Positions 47,859 to 56,558 of a stretch of 64,000 bases of DNA are shown piece by piece. The stretch covers positions 1,933 to 65,932 of the forward strand of contig CAMAQS010000003.1 of NCBI GenBank assembly GCA_945860565.1, in the 5' to 3' direction. The translations under genes were made by a program, and so were the position numbers. The stretch's first letter is position 1; every line of letters begins with the position of its first letter. This DNA is from Chitinophaga pinensis. GTDB lineage: Bacteria > Bacteroidota > Bacteroidia > NS11-12g > UBA955. The notes beneath the pieces were generated by a model. It made no database searches. It was not told the origin of the DNA and was given only the letters and a program-made list of their open reading frames with translations.

Positions 47859-48475
47859 TTAATGAGTTAAAACAACTTATTATGCAAGGTGAAGGCGTAC
47901 AGCTGGATTTCAAACAAGTTATTCAAGACCCAAGAAAAATTGCAAAATCTATGGTGAGTTTTGCCAATACTCTAGGTGGAATTTTACTTATTGGCGTTCG
48001 TGATAATGGCAGTATTTCTGGTATTAATTTTGAAGAAGAGATACACATGTTAGAACTGGCGGCATCCTTTTATTGTAAACCGGAGTTAAAATATGAAGTT
48101 AAACCCATTCAAATTGATGGTAAAATCATATTAAAAGTAAAAATTTTAAAGGGGGATCATCAACCCTATTATGCGAAAGGGGCTGATGAGAAGTGGTGGG
48201 TTTATGTTCGTGTTAATGACAATTGTATTTTGGCTTCAAAAACTACCGTTGATTTTATGCATAGGCGAAACAAACCGGCAAAACTAACAATTGGGAAGTT
48301 GGAACAAGAAATAATCAAATTTATTTCAGAGAGGGAAAAAACAAATATTTTGGACATTTGTAGTCGATTTAACCTAGGAAAAAGGCGCGTATCGCGTATT
48401 CTGGTAATTTTAATGTCTTTTCAAATAATTCGCAGTCATACTTTTGAAAAAACAGAATTTTATACCGCTATATAA
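47855..48475 (+). CDS. AlbA_2 (Schlafen-like) DNA-binding domain protein with C-terminal wHTH-like region
   Basis: GEGVQLDFKQ......AKSMVSFANTLGGILLIGVRDNGSISGI is the characteristic AlbA_2/AAA_4 N-terminal pattern. Its start overlaps the M16 stop (ATGA). Confidence 0.6.
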   Translation: MINELKQLIMQGEGVQLDFKQVIQDPRKIAKSMVSFANTLGGILLIGVRDNGSISGINFEEEIHMLELAASFYCKPELKYEVKPIQIDGKIILKVKILKGDHQPYYAKGADEKWWVYVRVNDNCILASKTTVDFMHRRNKPAKLTIGKLEQEIIKFISEREKTNILDICSRFNLGKRRVSRILVILMSFQIIRSHTFEKTEFYTAI

Positions 48476-48479
48476 ATAA

Positions 48480-48511
48480 AAAAGGTTGCTACGAAGACGC
48501 AACAACCTTTT
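48480..48511. terminator. bidirectional hairpin between convergent AlbA_2 gene and sodA
   Basis: AAAAGGTTG ... CAACCTTTT stem with inner GC/GC pairs, flanked by A and T runs. Confidence 0.5.
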
Positions 48512-48528
48512 AAATAAACAATATAATC

Positions 48529-49131
48529 TTATTTTGCTTTTGAATACAATTCAGATACTTTGTTCCAATTTACTACATTCCAAAATGCAGCAATATAGTC
48601 AGGACGTCTATTTTGATAGTTCAAGTAATAGGCATGTTCCCAAACGTCCAATCCTAAAATTGGTGTTCCTTTGATATCTGCTAAGTCCATTAATGGATTA
48701 TCTTGGTTTGGAGTAGAGGAAACCACTAAAGTGTGTTCATGAACAACAAGCCAAGCCCATCCACTTCCAAATCTTGTGGTTGCAGCTTTATTGAATTGTT
48801 CTTTAAAATGATCAAAACTGCCAAAAGAAGCGGTTATTGCGTCCATCAATTCACCCGTTGGCAAACCACCAGCATTTGGGCCAATAGTTTCCCAAAAAAG
48901 CGAATGATTGTAATGTCCACCACCATTATTTCTGATGGCTGGAGAATATTTACTTACATTGGCAAGCAATTCAGATAATTCTAAGCCTTCAATATTGGCA
49001 TCTTTTGCTGCAGCATTTAGATTATTTACATAAGCTTGATGGTGTTTACCATGGTGAATTTCCATCGTTTTTGCATCAATATGCGGTTCTAAAGCATTAA
49101 AATCGTAGTTTAGTTTAGGTAATTCGTACAT
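48529..49131 (-). CDS. sodA: Fe/Mn superoxide dismutase
   Basis: HHGKHH and DVWEHAYY motifs. 200 aa. Confidence 0.96.
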   Translation of the reverse strand: MYELPKLNYDFNALEPHIDAKTMEIHHGKHHQAYVNNLNAAAKDANIEGLELSELLANVSKYSPAIRNNGGGHYNHSLFWETIGPNAGGLPTGELMDAITASFGSFDHFKEQFNKAATTRFGSGWAWLVVHEHTLVVSSTPNQDNPLMDLADIKGTPILGLDVWEHAYYLNYQNRRPDYIAAFWNVVNWNKVSELYSKAK

Positions 49132-49252
49132 AACATTTAGTATTAGTTAAACAAATTTACAACACTTAAAGTTTGGGTGCAATTATAAATCTATCATAGT
49201 TAACTTTGACGCGACAAATGCACCGTGAATTGCACAATACAATGAAAAATTT

Positions 49253-49828
49253 ATGATTCAATACATTAACTTAGAATCATTTGCTGCCCTACTTACTTTG
49301 ATTTGTGTATATTTAGCGGCAAAAAACAATCTTTTAAATTGGCCTATAAGTATTGTTGCCACAATATTATATTTAATCGTATTTGTTGAATGTAGATTAT
49401 ATTCAGATGCTTTGTTACAAGTTGTCTTTATTCTGTTTCAAATATATGGTTGGTATAACTGGAAAAAAGTCCAAAATGGCAATGATTTCAAAGGAATTAG
49501 AACATTAAACATAAGAAATTGGTTCTTTACAATTATTGTTTCTTTTATTTTATGGTGGATATGGTACAATTTATACTTAAAAATTGCACAAGATCCAAAA
49601 TATCCTTTGATTGATAGTGGTTTAACTATATTCAGTTTAACAGCTATTTACTTACAGGCAAAAAAATATCTAGAAAACTGGATTCTATGGATTGTCGTGG
49701 ATCTAGTTTATGTTCCCATGTATTATTATGCTGAAAAATTTCAAACTTCAGTACTTTATTTAATTCTGATTATTCTCTCCGTAAAAGGGTATTTAGAATG
49801 GAAAAAGACAAAAAAAATGGCCACTTAA
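49253..49828 (+). CDS. pnuC: nicotinamide riboside transporter PnuC
   Basis: 191 aa, seven hydrophobic helices, W/Y-rich motifs (IYGWYNW, WILWIVVD) typical of PnuC. Confidence 0.8.
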   Translation: MIQYINLESFAALLTLICVYLAAKNNLLNWPISIVATILYLIVFVECRLYSDALLQVVFILFQIYGWYNWKKVQNGNDFKGIRTLNIRNWFFTIIVSFILWWIWYNLYLKIAQDPKYPLIDSGLTIFSLTAIYLQAKKYLENWILWIVVDLVYVPMYYYAEKFQTSVLYLILIILSVKGYLEWKKTKKMAT

Positions 49829-49839
49829 AAAGTGGCCAT
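49817..49839. terminator. bidirectional hairpin between convergent pnuC and rplY
   Basis: ATGGCCACT / AGTGGCCAT 9-bp stem with loop TAAAA, flanked by an A-run. The pnuC stop codon lies in the loop. Confidence 0.6.
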
Positions 49840-49862
49840 TAAAAGTATTGAAAAAATAAATA

Positions 49863-50444
49863 TTATTTTTTAGATGCATCAGCAGCTGCTTGCATCAATG
49901 CTCTAGTTGTTTTAACAGAAAGAATTGCATTTTCTTGTGCATTCAAAATTTCCAATTTTTCAATTGTAACGTGGCGAACTTTTGCACTTTGACCAATCTC
50001 TAATGTATCAATTGATACATCGACATAATCAGGCATGTCTTTTAATAACCCTCTTAATTTAAGAGCGTTAATTTTTTTCACCAATTTACCACCTGCTCTA
50101 ACACCTGGAGAGTTTCCAACTACACGAACAGGAACTTCCATTACAACTAACATATCATCACCAACCTTTAAAAAATCGGCATGTAAAATGGCTTCAGACA
50201 CAGGGTGAAATTGAACATCTTGAAGAATGGCGTCATGTTTTTCGCCATTAATATCCAATAATACCTTGTATACGTTATGGGTATAAACGAGATTTTTAAA
50301 ATCTGCCTGATATATTGCAAAATGACTAACTACATCACCATTACTATACATTACACATGGAACTTTACCTTCAGATCTAAGTTCTTTTGCGGTGCGTGTA
50401 CCAACTTCGGCACGTGCTTCACCTTTTAACAAAATTGTTTTCAT
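49863..50444 (-). CDS. rplY: 50S ribosomal protein L25/general stress protein Ctc
   Basis: 193 aa. LRSEGKVPCVMY...HDAILQDVQFHPV pattern of L25/Ctc. Follows prs, as in many bacteria. Confidence 0.92.
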   Translation of the reverse strand: MKTILLKGEARAEVGTRTAKELRSEGKVPCVMYSNGDVVSHFAIYQADFKNLVYTHNVYKVLLDINGEKHDAILQDVQFHPVSEAILHADFLKVGDDMLVVMEVPVRVVGNSPGVRAGGKLVKKINALKLRGLLKDMPDYVDVSIDTLEIGQSAKVRHVTIEKLEILNAQENAILSVKTTRALMQAAADASKK

Positions 50445-50460
50445 ATATTCTACTAATAAA

Positions 50461-51450
50461 TTATTTTACTTTGATTTCATTTAAATTCAAGCTAGTTTGT
50501 TGAGTAAACACTTGCTTAAACAAAGAGCTAATACTGCCATTTTCATGTACATTGCGAATTGCACGAGCGAAAAGGGGTGCAACAGATAAAATTTTAATTT
50601 TATCGATGTGTTGTTTTAAGGGAATTGTGTCTGTAACAACAAGTTCTGTTAAAACACTATTTTGAATATTTTCGTATGCCTTACCGCTTAATACGGGGTG
50701 GCAACAAAGTGCTCTAACTGTTCGAGCGCCTTTTTCTGTTAACATTTGAGCTGCTTTACAAAGTGTACCACCAGTATCAATGATGTCGTCTATTAAAACA
50801 ATATCTTTCCCTTCAACATCACCAATAACGGTCATATTCGCAATCTCATTGGCTTTTCTTCTTTCTTTATCACAAATTACCATTGGTAAATTGAGTATTT
50901 TAGCCACTTCCCTGATTCTGTTGGAAGCACCCACATCGGGGGCTGCAATGACTAAATTATCTTGTTCTAATGTTCTTATGTAAGGAGCGAAAATGATAGA
51001 ACTTTCTAAATGATCTACAGGAACATTAAAAAACCCTTGAATTTGTGGAGCATGTAATTCCATTGTCATCACACGATTAGCACCAGCCGTTCCCAATAAA
51101 TCAGCGACTAATTTTGACGCGATAGAAACACGTGGTTTGTCTTTTCTATCTTGACGGGCAAATCCGTAATAGGGAATAACAGCCGTGATATAGTTTGCGC
51201 TGGCACGTTTTGCAGCATCAATGGCCATCAATAATTCCATCAAATTATCACTTGTTGGATAAGTACTTTGGACTATGAATACATCACAACCACGCACACT
51301 TTCTTGAAAATTGGGTTGGAATTCACCATCGCTGAATCGACTTACGTTCAAATCGCCAGGCAAAGAACCATAAAATTCGCAAATAGCTTGGGTTAATGTC
51401 AGGGAGGCAGATCCCCCGAAAATTTTTACGGGATGAATGAGTGAAGTCAT
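50461..51450 (-). CDS. prs: ribose-phosphate pyrophosphokinase
   Basis: KIFGGSAS..L, YGFARQDRK and the PRPP-binding loop LIDDIIDTGGT. Confidence 0.96.
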   Translation of the reverse strand: MTSLIHPVKIFGGSASLTLTQAICEFYGSLPGDLNVSRFSDGEFQPNFQESVRGCDVFIVQSTYPTSDNLMELLMAIDAAKRASANYITAVIPYYGFARQDRKDKPRVSIASKLVADLLGTAGANRVMTMELHAPQIQGFFNVPVDHLESSIIFAPYIRTLEQDNLVIAAPDVGASNRIREVAKILNLPMVICDKERRKANEIANMTVIGDVEGKDIVLIDDIIDTGGTLCKAAQMLTEKGARTVRALCCHPVLSGKAYENIQNSVLTELVVTDTIPLKQHIDKIKILSVAPLFARAIRNVHENGSISSLFKQVFTQQTSLNLNEIKVK

Positions 51451-51504
51451 AATTGGATTCTACTGTCTCACAGGACCATCCTGGATATCATCAAATCGTT
51501 TTTG

Positions 51505-51577
51505 TTGTCCGACTAGGGCTCGAACCTAGACTCTTCTGGACCAAAACCAGACGTGTTGCCAGTTACACCATCGGACA
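51505..51577 (-). tRNA. tRNA-Gln (anticodon TTG)
   Basis: The reverse complement folds as a cloverleaf: acceptor TGTCCGA/TCGGACA, D stem GTGT/ACAC, anticodon stem TCTGG/CCAGA with loop TTTTGGT, T arm CTAGG-TTCGAGC-CCTAG. CCA is not encoded. Confidence 0.92.
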
Positions 51578-51589
51578 ATTTTCGGAGTG

Positions 51590-51620
51590 CAAAAATAAGA
51601 TACTTTTTCTAATGACCAAC
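51590..51620 (-). promoter_or_regulatory. candidate promoter of tRNA-Gln (-33 TTG, -7 TATTTTTG)
   Basis: On the minus strand, TATTTTTG (51597..51590) ends 12 nt before the tRNA 5' end. A TTG at 51620..51618 lies about 20 nt upstream of it. Confidence 0.45.
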
Positions 51621-51690
51621 AAAAAAGTCAAAAAATCCTTATTTTTTATGTTTTCTTATAATTTCATCAACAAAAAATCTGTCGAGCTCC

Positions 51691-53280
51691 TTATTTTAAA
51701 ATTTGAATAAACTGAGATTGGGATTTTATCCTACTGGAAAGTTGAAGAATATAATTTCCATTTGGAATATCTTCAAAATTAGCCATATAGGTATGTGATC
51801 CAGCAGAAAAATCCCTACTAAAGAACGTTTTTATTCTGGAACCTTGGGCGTTATATAAATTCAATGAAATAGATCCACCACTATCAGTGTAAAAATTTAA
51901 AACTCCTTCGTTAGATATTGGGTTAGGTTGAATTGCATCCATTCCAATTTGAGTAACTAAATCTGCAAAATCTTCGATGTTTGACATGCTGTTTTTGAAG
52001 ATAGGAAGGGTATCAAAAGCACCGCCCATAATGCTGTCGACGTCCGCTGATGGCAACTCAAACCAATCCTTCAATATTGTTGCATACACTTGCCTAAAAT
52101 CAAACTGCATAGGTACATTGTCGTTCACTGTTGTAGTGGAAGGAATGGTTGGATTGTTTCCAATTAAACCAGGCTGCACAGCATCCCCAAAAACAATAAG
52201 CGGTGCACCCGCTCCGTGATCTGTCCCTCCGCTACCATTGCTTTGAATTCTTCTTCCAAATTCACTAAAGGTCATACCCACTACTCTATCACTAATTCCC
52301 AATAACTTTAAATCATCTTGAAATGCCTCAATGGCATCACTCAAAGATTTCAACAAAGTTGCGTGGTCTCCATCTGCTGTGGAAGCAGTATCTACTTGAT
52401 TGCTATGCGTATCAAACCCACCAATACTAACCATATAAACTGGGGTTTGTAAACCGCCATGAATTAGTTTTGCAACAATTTTAAGTTGTTCGGAAAGATT
52501 ATTTCTTCCATTACTAGTTGGATATTTAGTCGATAAATTCTTTCCTTTTCCGGCAGCCCCTTTTATGACATCAGCGTATTCATTTGTTTGCTGAGCCATT
52601 AATCGAATAAAAGCCAATTCTTCTCCGGCAGGAGTATTAGGTACCGTAGGAGAAACGTTGTCTACCAAGCTATAAAAAGTAGAAGGATCTGTTATTGCCA
52701 TACCCATTCCGGTTGTAGGTCCCATAAACGTAAGAGAAACCAATGAACCGATTTGAATTGCCAATGGATCTGGCATGATTGTATTTGGATAATTTGTGGG
52801 GAAATTTGGGTATTTAGAATTCAAATATCGACCCATCCACCCTGTTGTAACTATTTTATTGCTATCAGATGCGCTCATCCAAATATCCGTAGCTCTAAAA
52901 TGAGAAAAATCGGGTTGAGGATAGCCAATGGAATGTACAACATTCACTTTTCCATCATTAAACAAATTTTGAATTCCTGTCATCTTAGGATGTAATCCTG
53001 TTTTATCCCAACCATTTAATTTTAGAACCTTTGATTCTTCAATAATTACATTAGACCGGGCTTTACTTAGGTTGGAATATTGATCTAAGGGAATTACAGT
53101 ATTTAATCCATCATTACCCCCATTTAATTGAATAATAACCAAAACTTTGCCATCGGCAGATCTTTTGCCAATTGCATTCAACAAAGAAGTTGAATTGTAA
53201 GTTCTTAAGCCAAGTCCGCTGATTGTAATAGGCACAACAGTTGAAGTAGCGGCTGTTTTTAGAAATGATCTTCTTTTCAT
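51691..53280 (-). CDS. DUF1501 (sulfatase-like) protein with twin-arginine signal and T9SS C-terminal sorting domain
   Basis: MKRRSFLKTAA twin-arginine motif, conserved GGTDHG region, and C-terminal PNPISNEGVLNF...LYNAQGSRI...GNYILQL...FIQILK resembling a T9SS sorting domain. Alternative start at 53298. Confidence 0.75.
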   Translation of the reverse strand: MKRRSFLKTAATSTVVPITISGLGLRTYNSTSLLNAIGKRSADGKVLVIIQLNGGNDGLNTVIPLDQYSNLSKARSNVIIEESKVLKLNGWDKTGLHPKMTGIQNLFNDGKVNVVHSIGYPQPDFSHFRATDIWMSASDSNKIVTTGWMGRYLNSKYPNFPTNYPNTIMPDPLAIQIGSLVSLTFMGPTTGMGMAITDPSTFYSLVDNVSPTVPNTPAGEELAFIRLMAQQTNEYADVIKGAAGKGKNLSTKYPTSNGRNNLSEQLKIVAKLIHGGLQTPVYMVSIGGFDTHSNQVDTASTADGDHATLLKSLSDAIEAFQDDLKLLGISDRVVGMTFSEFGRRIQSNGSGGTDHGAGAPLIVFGDAVQPGLIGNNPTIPSTTTVNDNVPMQFDFRQVYATILKDWFELPSADVDSIMGGAFDTLPIFKNSMSNIEDFADLVTQIGMDAIQPNPISNEGVLNFYTDSGGSISLNLYNAQGSRIKTFFSRDFSAGSHTYMANFEDIPNGNYILQLSSRIKSQSQFIQILK

Positions 53281-53290
53281 AGGACTGTAA

Positions 53291-54958
53291 TTAAGCAAGT
53301 TGATACTCGCTAAGATTCATGATAGATTTATACAAACTCTTCAACTTAACGGTAGCAGATGCCAAAGCGGTGGCGTGATTAGGATAAGAAGGTGTCGTGG
53401 CCGCATTATATTCATCGGTCCAATTGTAAGAAGGTATTCCGCCTGGAAGTAGAATTTCTTTCAATGATTCAAGCTGGTTGGTTTCAAGATTAAGCGGCAA
53501 TAAAAAACTGATTGCATCTTCAATGAGTTTAATAGCATCCGATGGGTTTGCAAATTGTTTAGTGATTTTCCATGGATCAACACCAAAAGAAAATCCTTCT
53601 ACTTTATAAGCGGACCACAACAAATAATCCTGAAATTCATTTCTTTTGGGTAAAGAATCGGAAGTTATCCAAGATCTCTGAAAAAGTGGTACTTGGTAGT
53701 ATGCTTCCCATCCAGAAACACTTGGTGGATCTCCAAGATTCATTTGTGTAACCGCATTATAATAACTTCCAAATGCATAAAGTTTATACATTTTTTGATA
53801 ATCCTTTTCATCTGGAAAATCCATCTCCCATTGACGAATATAACCTGCTATATGCATCAATGGATCTTTGATGATGCAGGATCTATTCCAAGAATCATAA
53901 AAATGCTCACTTTCTAATAGTGCTTTCAAAACAGGTTTCATTTCAAAGTTATTGTCTCTAAAAATTTTTGCTAAAGGCTCTATTACGTTGGATTCTGCGT
54001 TTTCATCAATATCGTAATAAACAAAATACCGATATAACCTTCTGCAAATATTTTTGGAAACTTCATCTACCGAAAAAATCATGTCCAACAACTCTTTTAG
54101 TTCGTCGGTGCCCGCTGATAGACCCGATTTTCCTTTAATCACTTTATTTCCATAAAAACTTGAAAAAGTTTTATCCGTGGTATCATGATTTGCAGAAACA
54201 AAATAGGTTGAATATGGCGTGGTGGTGGGATTAACCGAAAAACCTGTTAATATTCTTGCTGCTGCTTTCACATCGTCTTCGGTATACTTACTGCCAGGAC
54301 CCTTACCTAATGTAAATAATTCTTGCAATTCGCGGGCATAATTTTCATCTGGAGCCCTTTTAGTATTTAATCGGCCGTTTAAGAAAAACAACATCGCTGG
54401 ATCTACTGTAACCTGTTGAGTTAAAGTTTTAAAATTACCTAATGCATAATCATTTAACACTTTTACATAGGTATAACACATCGCTGCAATCGGGGTGTTC
54501 AGCATTTGTATTGCAAAATGATTGTGCCAGAATACAATCATTTTTTCCATGATGGTTGGTTTTTGACGTACGGGAAGTGACCAAAACCATGATTTTACGC
54601 TAATTTTTCGACTCTCTTCCAAATAAATGTCTACTGGGGCGTTAACCCATGTTTTACCATAAGGGACATTTGTGTCTGGGGTAGTATTGTGATAATTATT
54701 TACGGGTGGTAGAAATGTATAGCTACTGGTATCCAACAAAGCAGAAATTGCTTCTGAAAGCGATAGTTTAGAGAAGTCATTGATTTCTGAAAGTTTGGGG
54801 CCATAAATGGTGCGACGTAGCAAATGACTAACTTCAGATTTCGACCAAGTTCCAGTGTATTTATCTAAACCAGTATTTGTTCTTCGAACAACTTTTAGTT
54901 TCGTTGGATCAGCAAGATTTTTTGTCTTACTCATCGTTAAAAATCCACGTCTATTCAT
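53291..54958 (-). CDS. DUF1800 domain protein
   Basis: 555 aa. The SHLLRRTIYGP motif near the N-terminus and pairing with a downstream DUF1501 gene are typical of this family. Confidence 0.7.
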   Translation of the reverse strand: MNRRGFLTMSKTKNLADPTKLKVVRRTNTGLDKYTGTWSKSEVSHLLRRTIYGPKLSEINDFSKLSLSEAISALLDTSSYTFLPPVNNYHNTTPDTNVPYGKTWVNAPVDIYLEESRKISVKSWFWSLPVRQKPTIMEKMIVFWHNHFAIQMLNTPIAAMCYTYVKVLNDYALGNFKTLTQQVTVDPAMLFFLNGRLNTKRAPDENYARELQELFTLGKGPGSKYTEDDVKAAARILTGFSVNPTTTPYSTYFVSANHDTTDKTFSSFYGNKVIKGKSGLSAGTDELKELLDMIFSVDEVSKNICRRLYRYFVYYDIDENAESNVIEPLAKIFRDNNFEMKPVLKALLESEHFYDSWNRSCIIKDPLMHIAGYIRQWEMDFPDEKDYQKMYKLYAFGSYYNAVTQMNLGDPPSVSGWEAYYQVPLFQRSWITSDSLPKRNEFQDYLLWSAYKVEGFSFGVDPWKITKQFANPSDAIKLIEDAISFLLPLNLETNQLESLKEILLPGGIPSYNWTDEYNAATTPSYPNHATALASATVKLKSLYKSIMNLSEYQLA

Positions 54959-55014
54959 AAAATAATTGATTCTGGTTTAAGGGTTAGACGTGAAATTACA
55001 GAAAAGGTTTCATT

Positions 55015-55827
55015 TTAGGGGGATTTATATTTAATTTTTACTTCCCCATGATGAAATTTCATGATAATCCCTTGAATTTCAACCCTTAATCTGCCAGAAT
55101 CATCCACGCCAATAATTTTGGCCTTCATTGTAACAGACTCCTTACTTTTAAAAATTTCTAGTTCGGTTTCTTCTTGAAATCTCCAAAGCGCATTATCAAA
55201 ATACGTATCTAACTTTAATGAATACAAAGGTTTGGCATTTTGGGAAACGTGAAAAAATAAATCATGTGTTAATTTTTCTAATTCAACGGCTTTATTATTG
55301 ATTAATTTCAAACTTGTAGCGTGTTTTAAATCATCAGGAAACAAGTCTTGATTTGTATTCACTCCTATCCCTAAAAATAAATATTTTTGCTTTTTGATTG
55401 AAAATATTTGCATGAGTAAACCGGATACTTTTTGCCCGTCTTGCACAATATCGTTGGGCCATTTAATGGTTAAAGGCTCATTAGAGTAACGTTGAATAAT
55501 GCCGAGTATAGTTAGTGTTAAGTGTTTATTTAGTTGAATTAAGTCTTGAATATCGGCAATGGGAATGGCCACAGAGAGTGCACAATTCTTAAATGGTTCC
55601 TGTTTCCAGATGGAATCGCTTTGACCAATTCCATTTGTTTGATTAAAAGTATATAAACCAATAACTTCATTTTGAAAATTGGACATACCTTCAATCAATT
55701 CAACTAGTTTAAGTTGAGTTGTTTCACACTTGTCTATAAAATAGAGTAAAGTGGATTCTGTATTTTCTATCAGGTGAATCTGTTCCAAAATAACGTACTT
55801 TGTGCAAAGTTCGAAAAAATGAATCAA
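55015..55827 (-). CDS. birA: biotin--[acetyl-CoA-carboxylase] ligase (group I, no HTH)
   Basis: NTESTLLY, GIGQSDSIW (a variant of GRGRxGRxW), KWPNDI and a C-terminal SH3-like domain. Start uncertain. Confidence 0.8.
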   Translation of the reverse strand: MIHFFELCTKYVILEQIHLIENTESTLLYFIDKCETTQLKLVELIEGMSNFQNEVIGLYTFNQTNGIGQSDSIWKQEPFKNCALSVAIPIADIQDLIQLNKHLTLTILGIIQRYSNEPLTIKWPNDIVQDGQKVSGLLMQIFSIKKQKYLFLGIGVNTNQDLFPDDLKHATSLKLINNKAVELEKLTHDLFFHVSQNAKPLYSLKLDTYFDNALWRFQEETELEIFKSKESVTMKAKIIGVDDSGRLRVEIQGIIMKFHHGEVKIKYKSP

Positions 55828-55830
55828 AAA

Positions 55831-56193
55831 ATGGATAATGAATCAGATGCAATGACCGCGGTTATTGTTCATGGTTTACAAGAAAAAAAAGGAATTAACA
55901 TTGTTACCATAGATTTGCGTGGATTAAAATCTGCATTTGCAGACTTTTTTGTTATATGTCATGGTGGATCAAATCGTCAGATAGATGCGCTTGCAGACAG
56001 TGTTGAGGACGAGATGCGCAAGGCGTTGAAGGAAAAGCCAAAGCACCGTGAAGGAAATGATGTATCGGAATGGATATTGTTAGATTATTACAATGTAATT
56101 GTGCATATCTTCTCTGAAGAAAAGCGCGATTTTTATGAGTTAGAAGAATTGTGGGGAGACGGAATTGTAAAAAAATACGAAGAACTTAAATAA
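55831..56193 (+). CDS. rsfS: ribosome silencing factor RsfS
   Basis: IVTIDLRG...DFFVICHG.S.RQ..A......W.LLDYYNVIVHIF pattern. Alternative ATG at 55819. The longest ORF start at 55774 is unlikely. Confidence 0.88.
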   Translation: MDNESDAMTAVIVHGLQEKKGINIVTIDLRGLKSAFADFFVICHGGSNRQIDALADSVEDEMRKALKEKPKHREGNDVSEWILLDYYNVIVHIFSEEKRDFYELEELWGDGIVKKYEELK

Positions 56194-56196
56194 AAG

Positions 56197-56227
56197 TTTG
56201 TTTTTTCGCCAACAATTTGTAATTTTG
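56197..56227 (+). promoter_or_regulatory. candidate promoter of the tRNA-Glu/tRNA-fMet operon (-33 TTTG, -7 TAATTTTG)
   Basis: TTTG at 56197..56200, a 19-nt spacer, then TAATTTTG at 56220..56227. The tRNA-Glu 5' end is 19 nt downstream. Confidence 0.45.
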
Positions 56228-56246
56228 CACCCCCAAGAATTCACTT

Positions 56247-56318
56247 GGCCCGTTCGTCTATCGGTTAGGACACGTCCCTTTCACGGATGAAAGAGGGGTT
56301 CGATTCCCCTACGGGCTA
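56247..56318 (+). tRNA. tRNA-Glu (anticodon TTC)
   Basis: Cloverleaf: acceptor GGCCCGT/ACGGGCT, D stem GTCT/GGAC, anticodon stem CGTCC/GGATG with loop CTTTCAC, T arm AGGGG-TTCGATT-CCCCT. Architecture closely parallels E. coli tRNA-Glu. Confidence 0.92.
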
Positions 56319-56323
56319 CAAAT

Positions 56324-56395
<72 letters not shown>

Positions 56396-56406
56396 CTAAG
56401 TGAATC

Positions 56407-56437
56407 AAAAAAGTCGTCAGTAATGGCGACTTTTTTT
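56407..56437 (+). terminator. terminator-like hairpin after tRNA-fMet
   Basis: A-run, AGTCG, 10-nt loop, CGACT, T7 run. The same element recurs at 56866..56897. Confidence 0.4.
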
Positions 56438-56442
56438 GTTTT

Positions 56443-56493
56443 AGGCTCATATCCGTCAGCCGACGGACACAGGTTCGAGTCCTGTTCCCGCTA
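56443..56493 (+). repeat. truncated tRNA-fMet 3'-half module, copy 1
   Basis: AGGCTCATA (anticodon loop including CAT), then hairpin TCCGTC-AGCC-GACGGA, then an exact T arm and 3' acceptor strand CACAGGTTCGAGTCCTGTTCCCGCTA. No 5' half. Confidence 0.85.
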
Positions 56494-56558
56494 GTAAGTC
56501 CGAAAAAGACTTCAGAAATGGCACCCTTTTTGTTTAATCTTTTCGATCAATTAATAAT

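Noticed and set aside
48486-48674. A 62-aa plus-strand ORF.
   Set aside because: It starts within the terminator hairpin and is antisense to the sodA 3' end.
49172-49252. A possible riboswitch or regulatory RNA upstream of pnuC, based on the inverted repeat GTGCAATT ... AATTGCAC.
   Set aside because: The repeat spans the candidate -7 box (TAACTTTG, 49201..49208), so only the right arm would be transcribed. I cannot match the region to a known NAD or pnuC motif by eye, and the evidence is too weak to report.
51453-51710. An 85-aa plus-strand ORF.
   Set aside because: It is antisense to tRNA-Gln and its promoter region, so it is explained by the tRNA gene.
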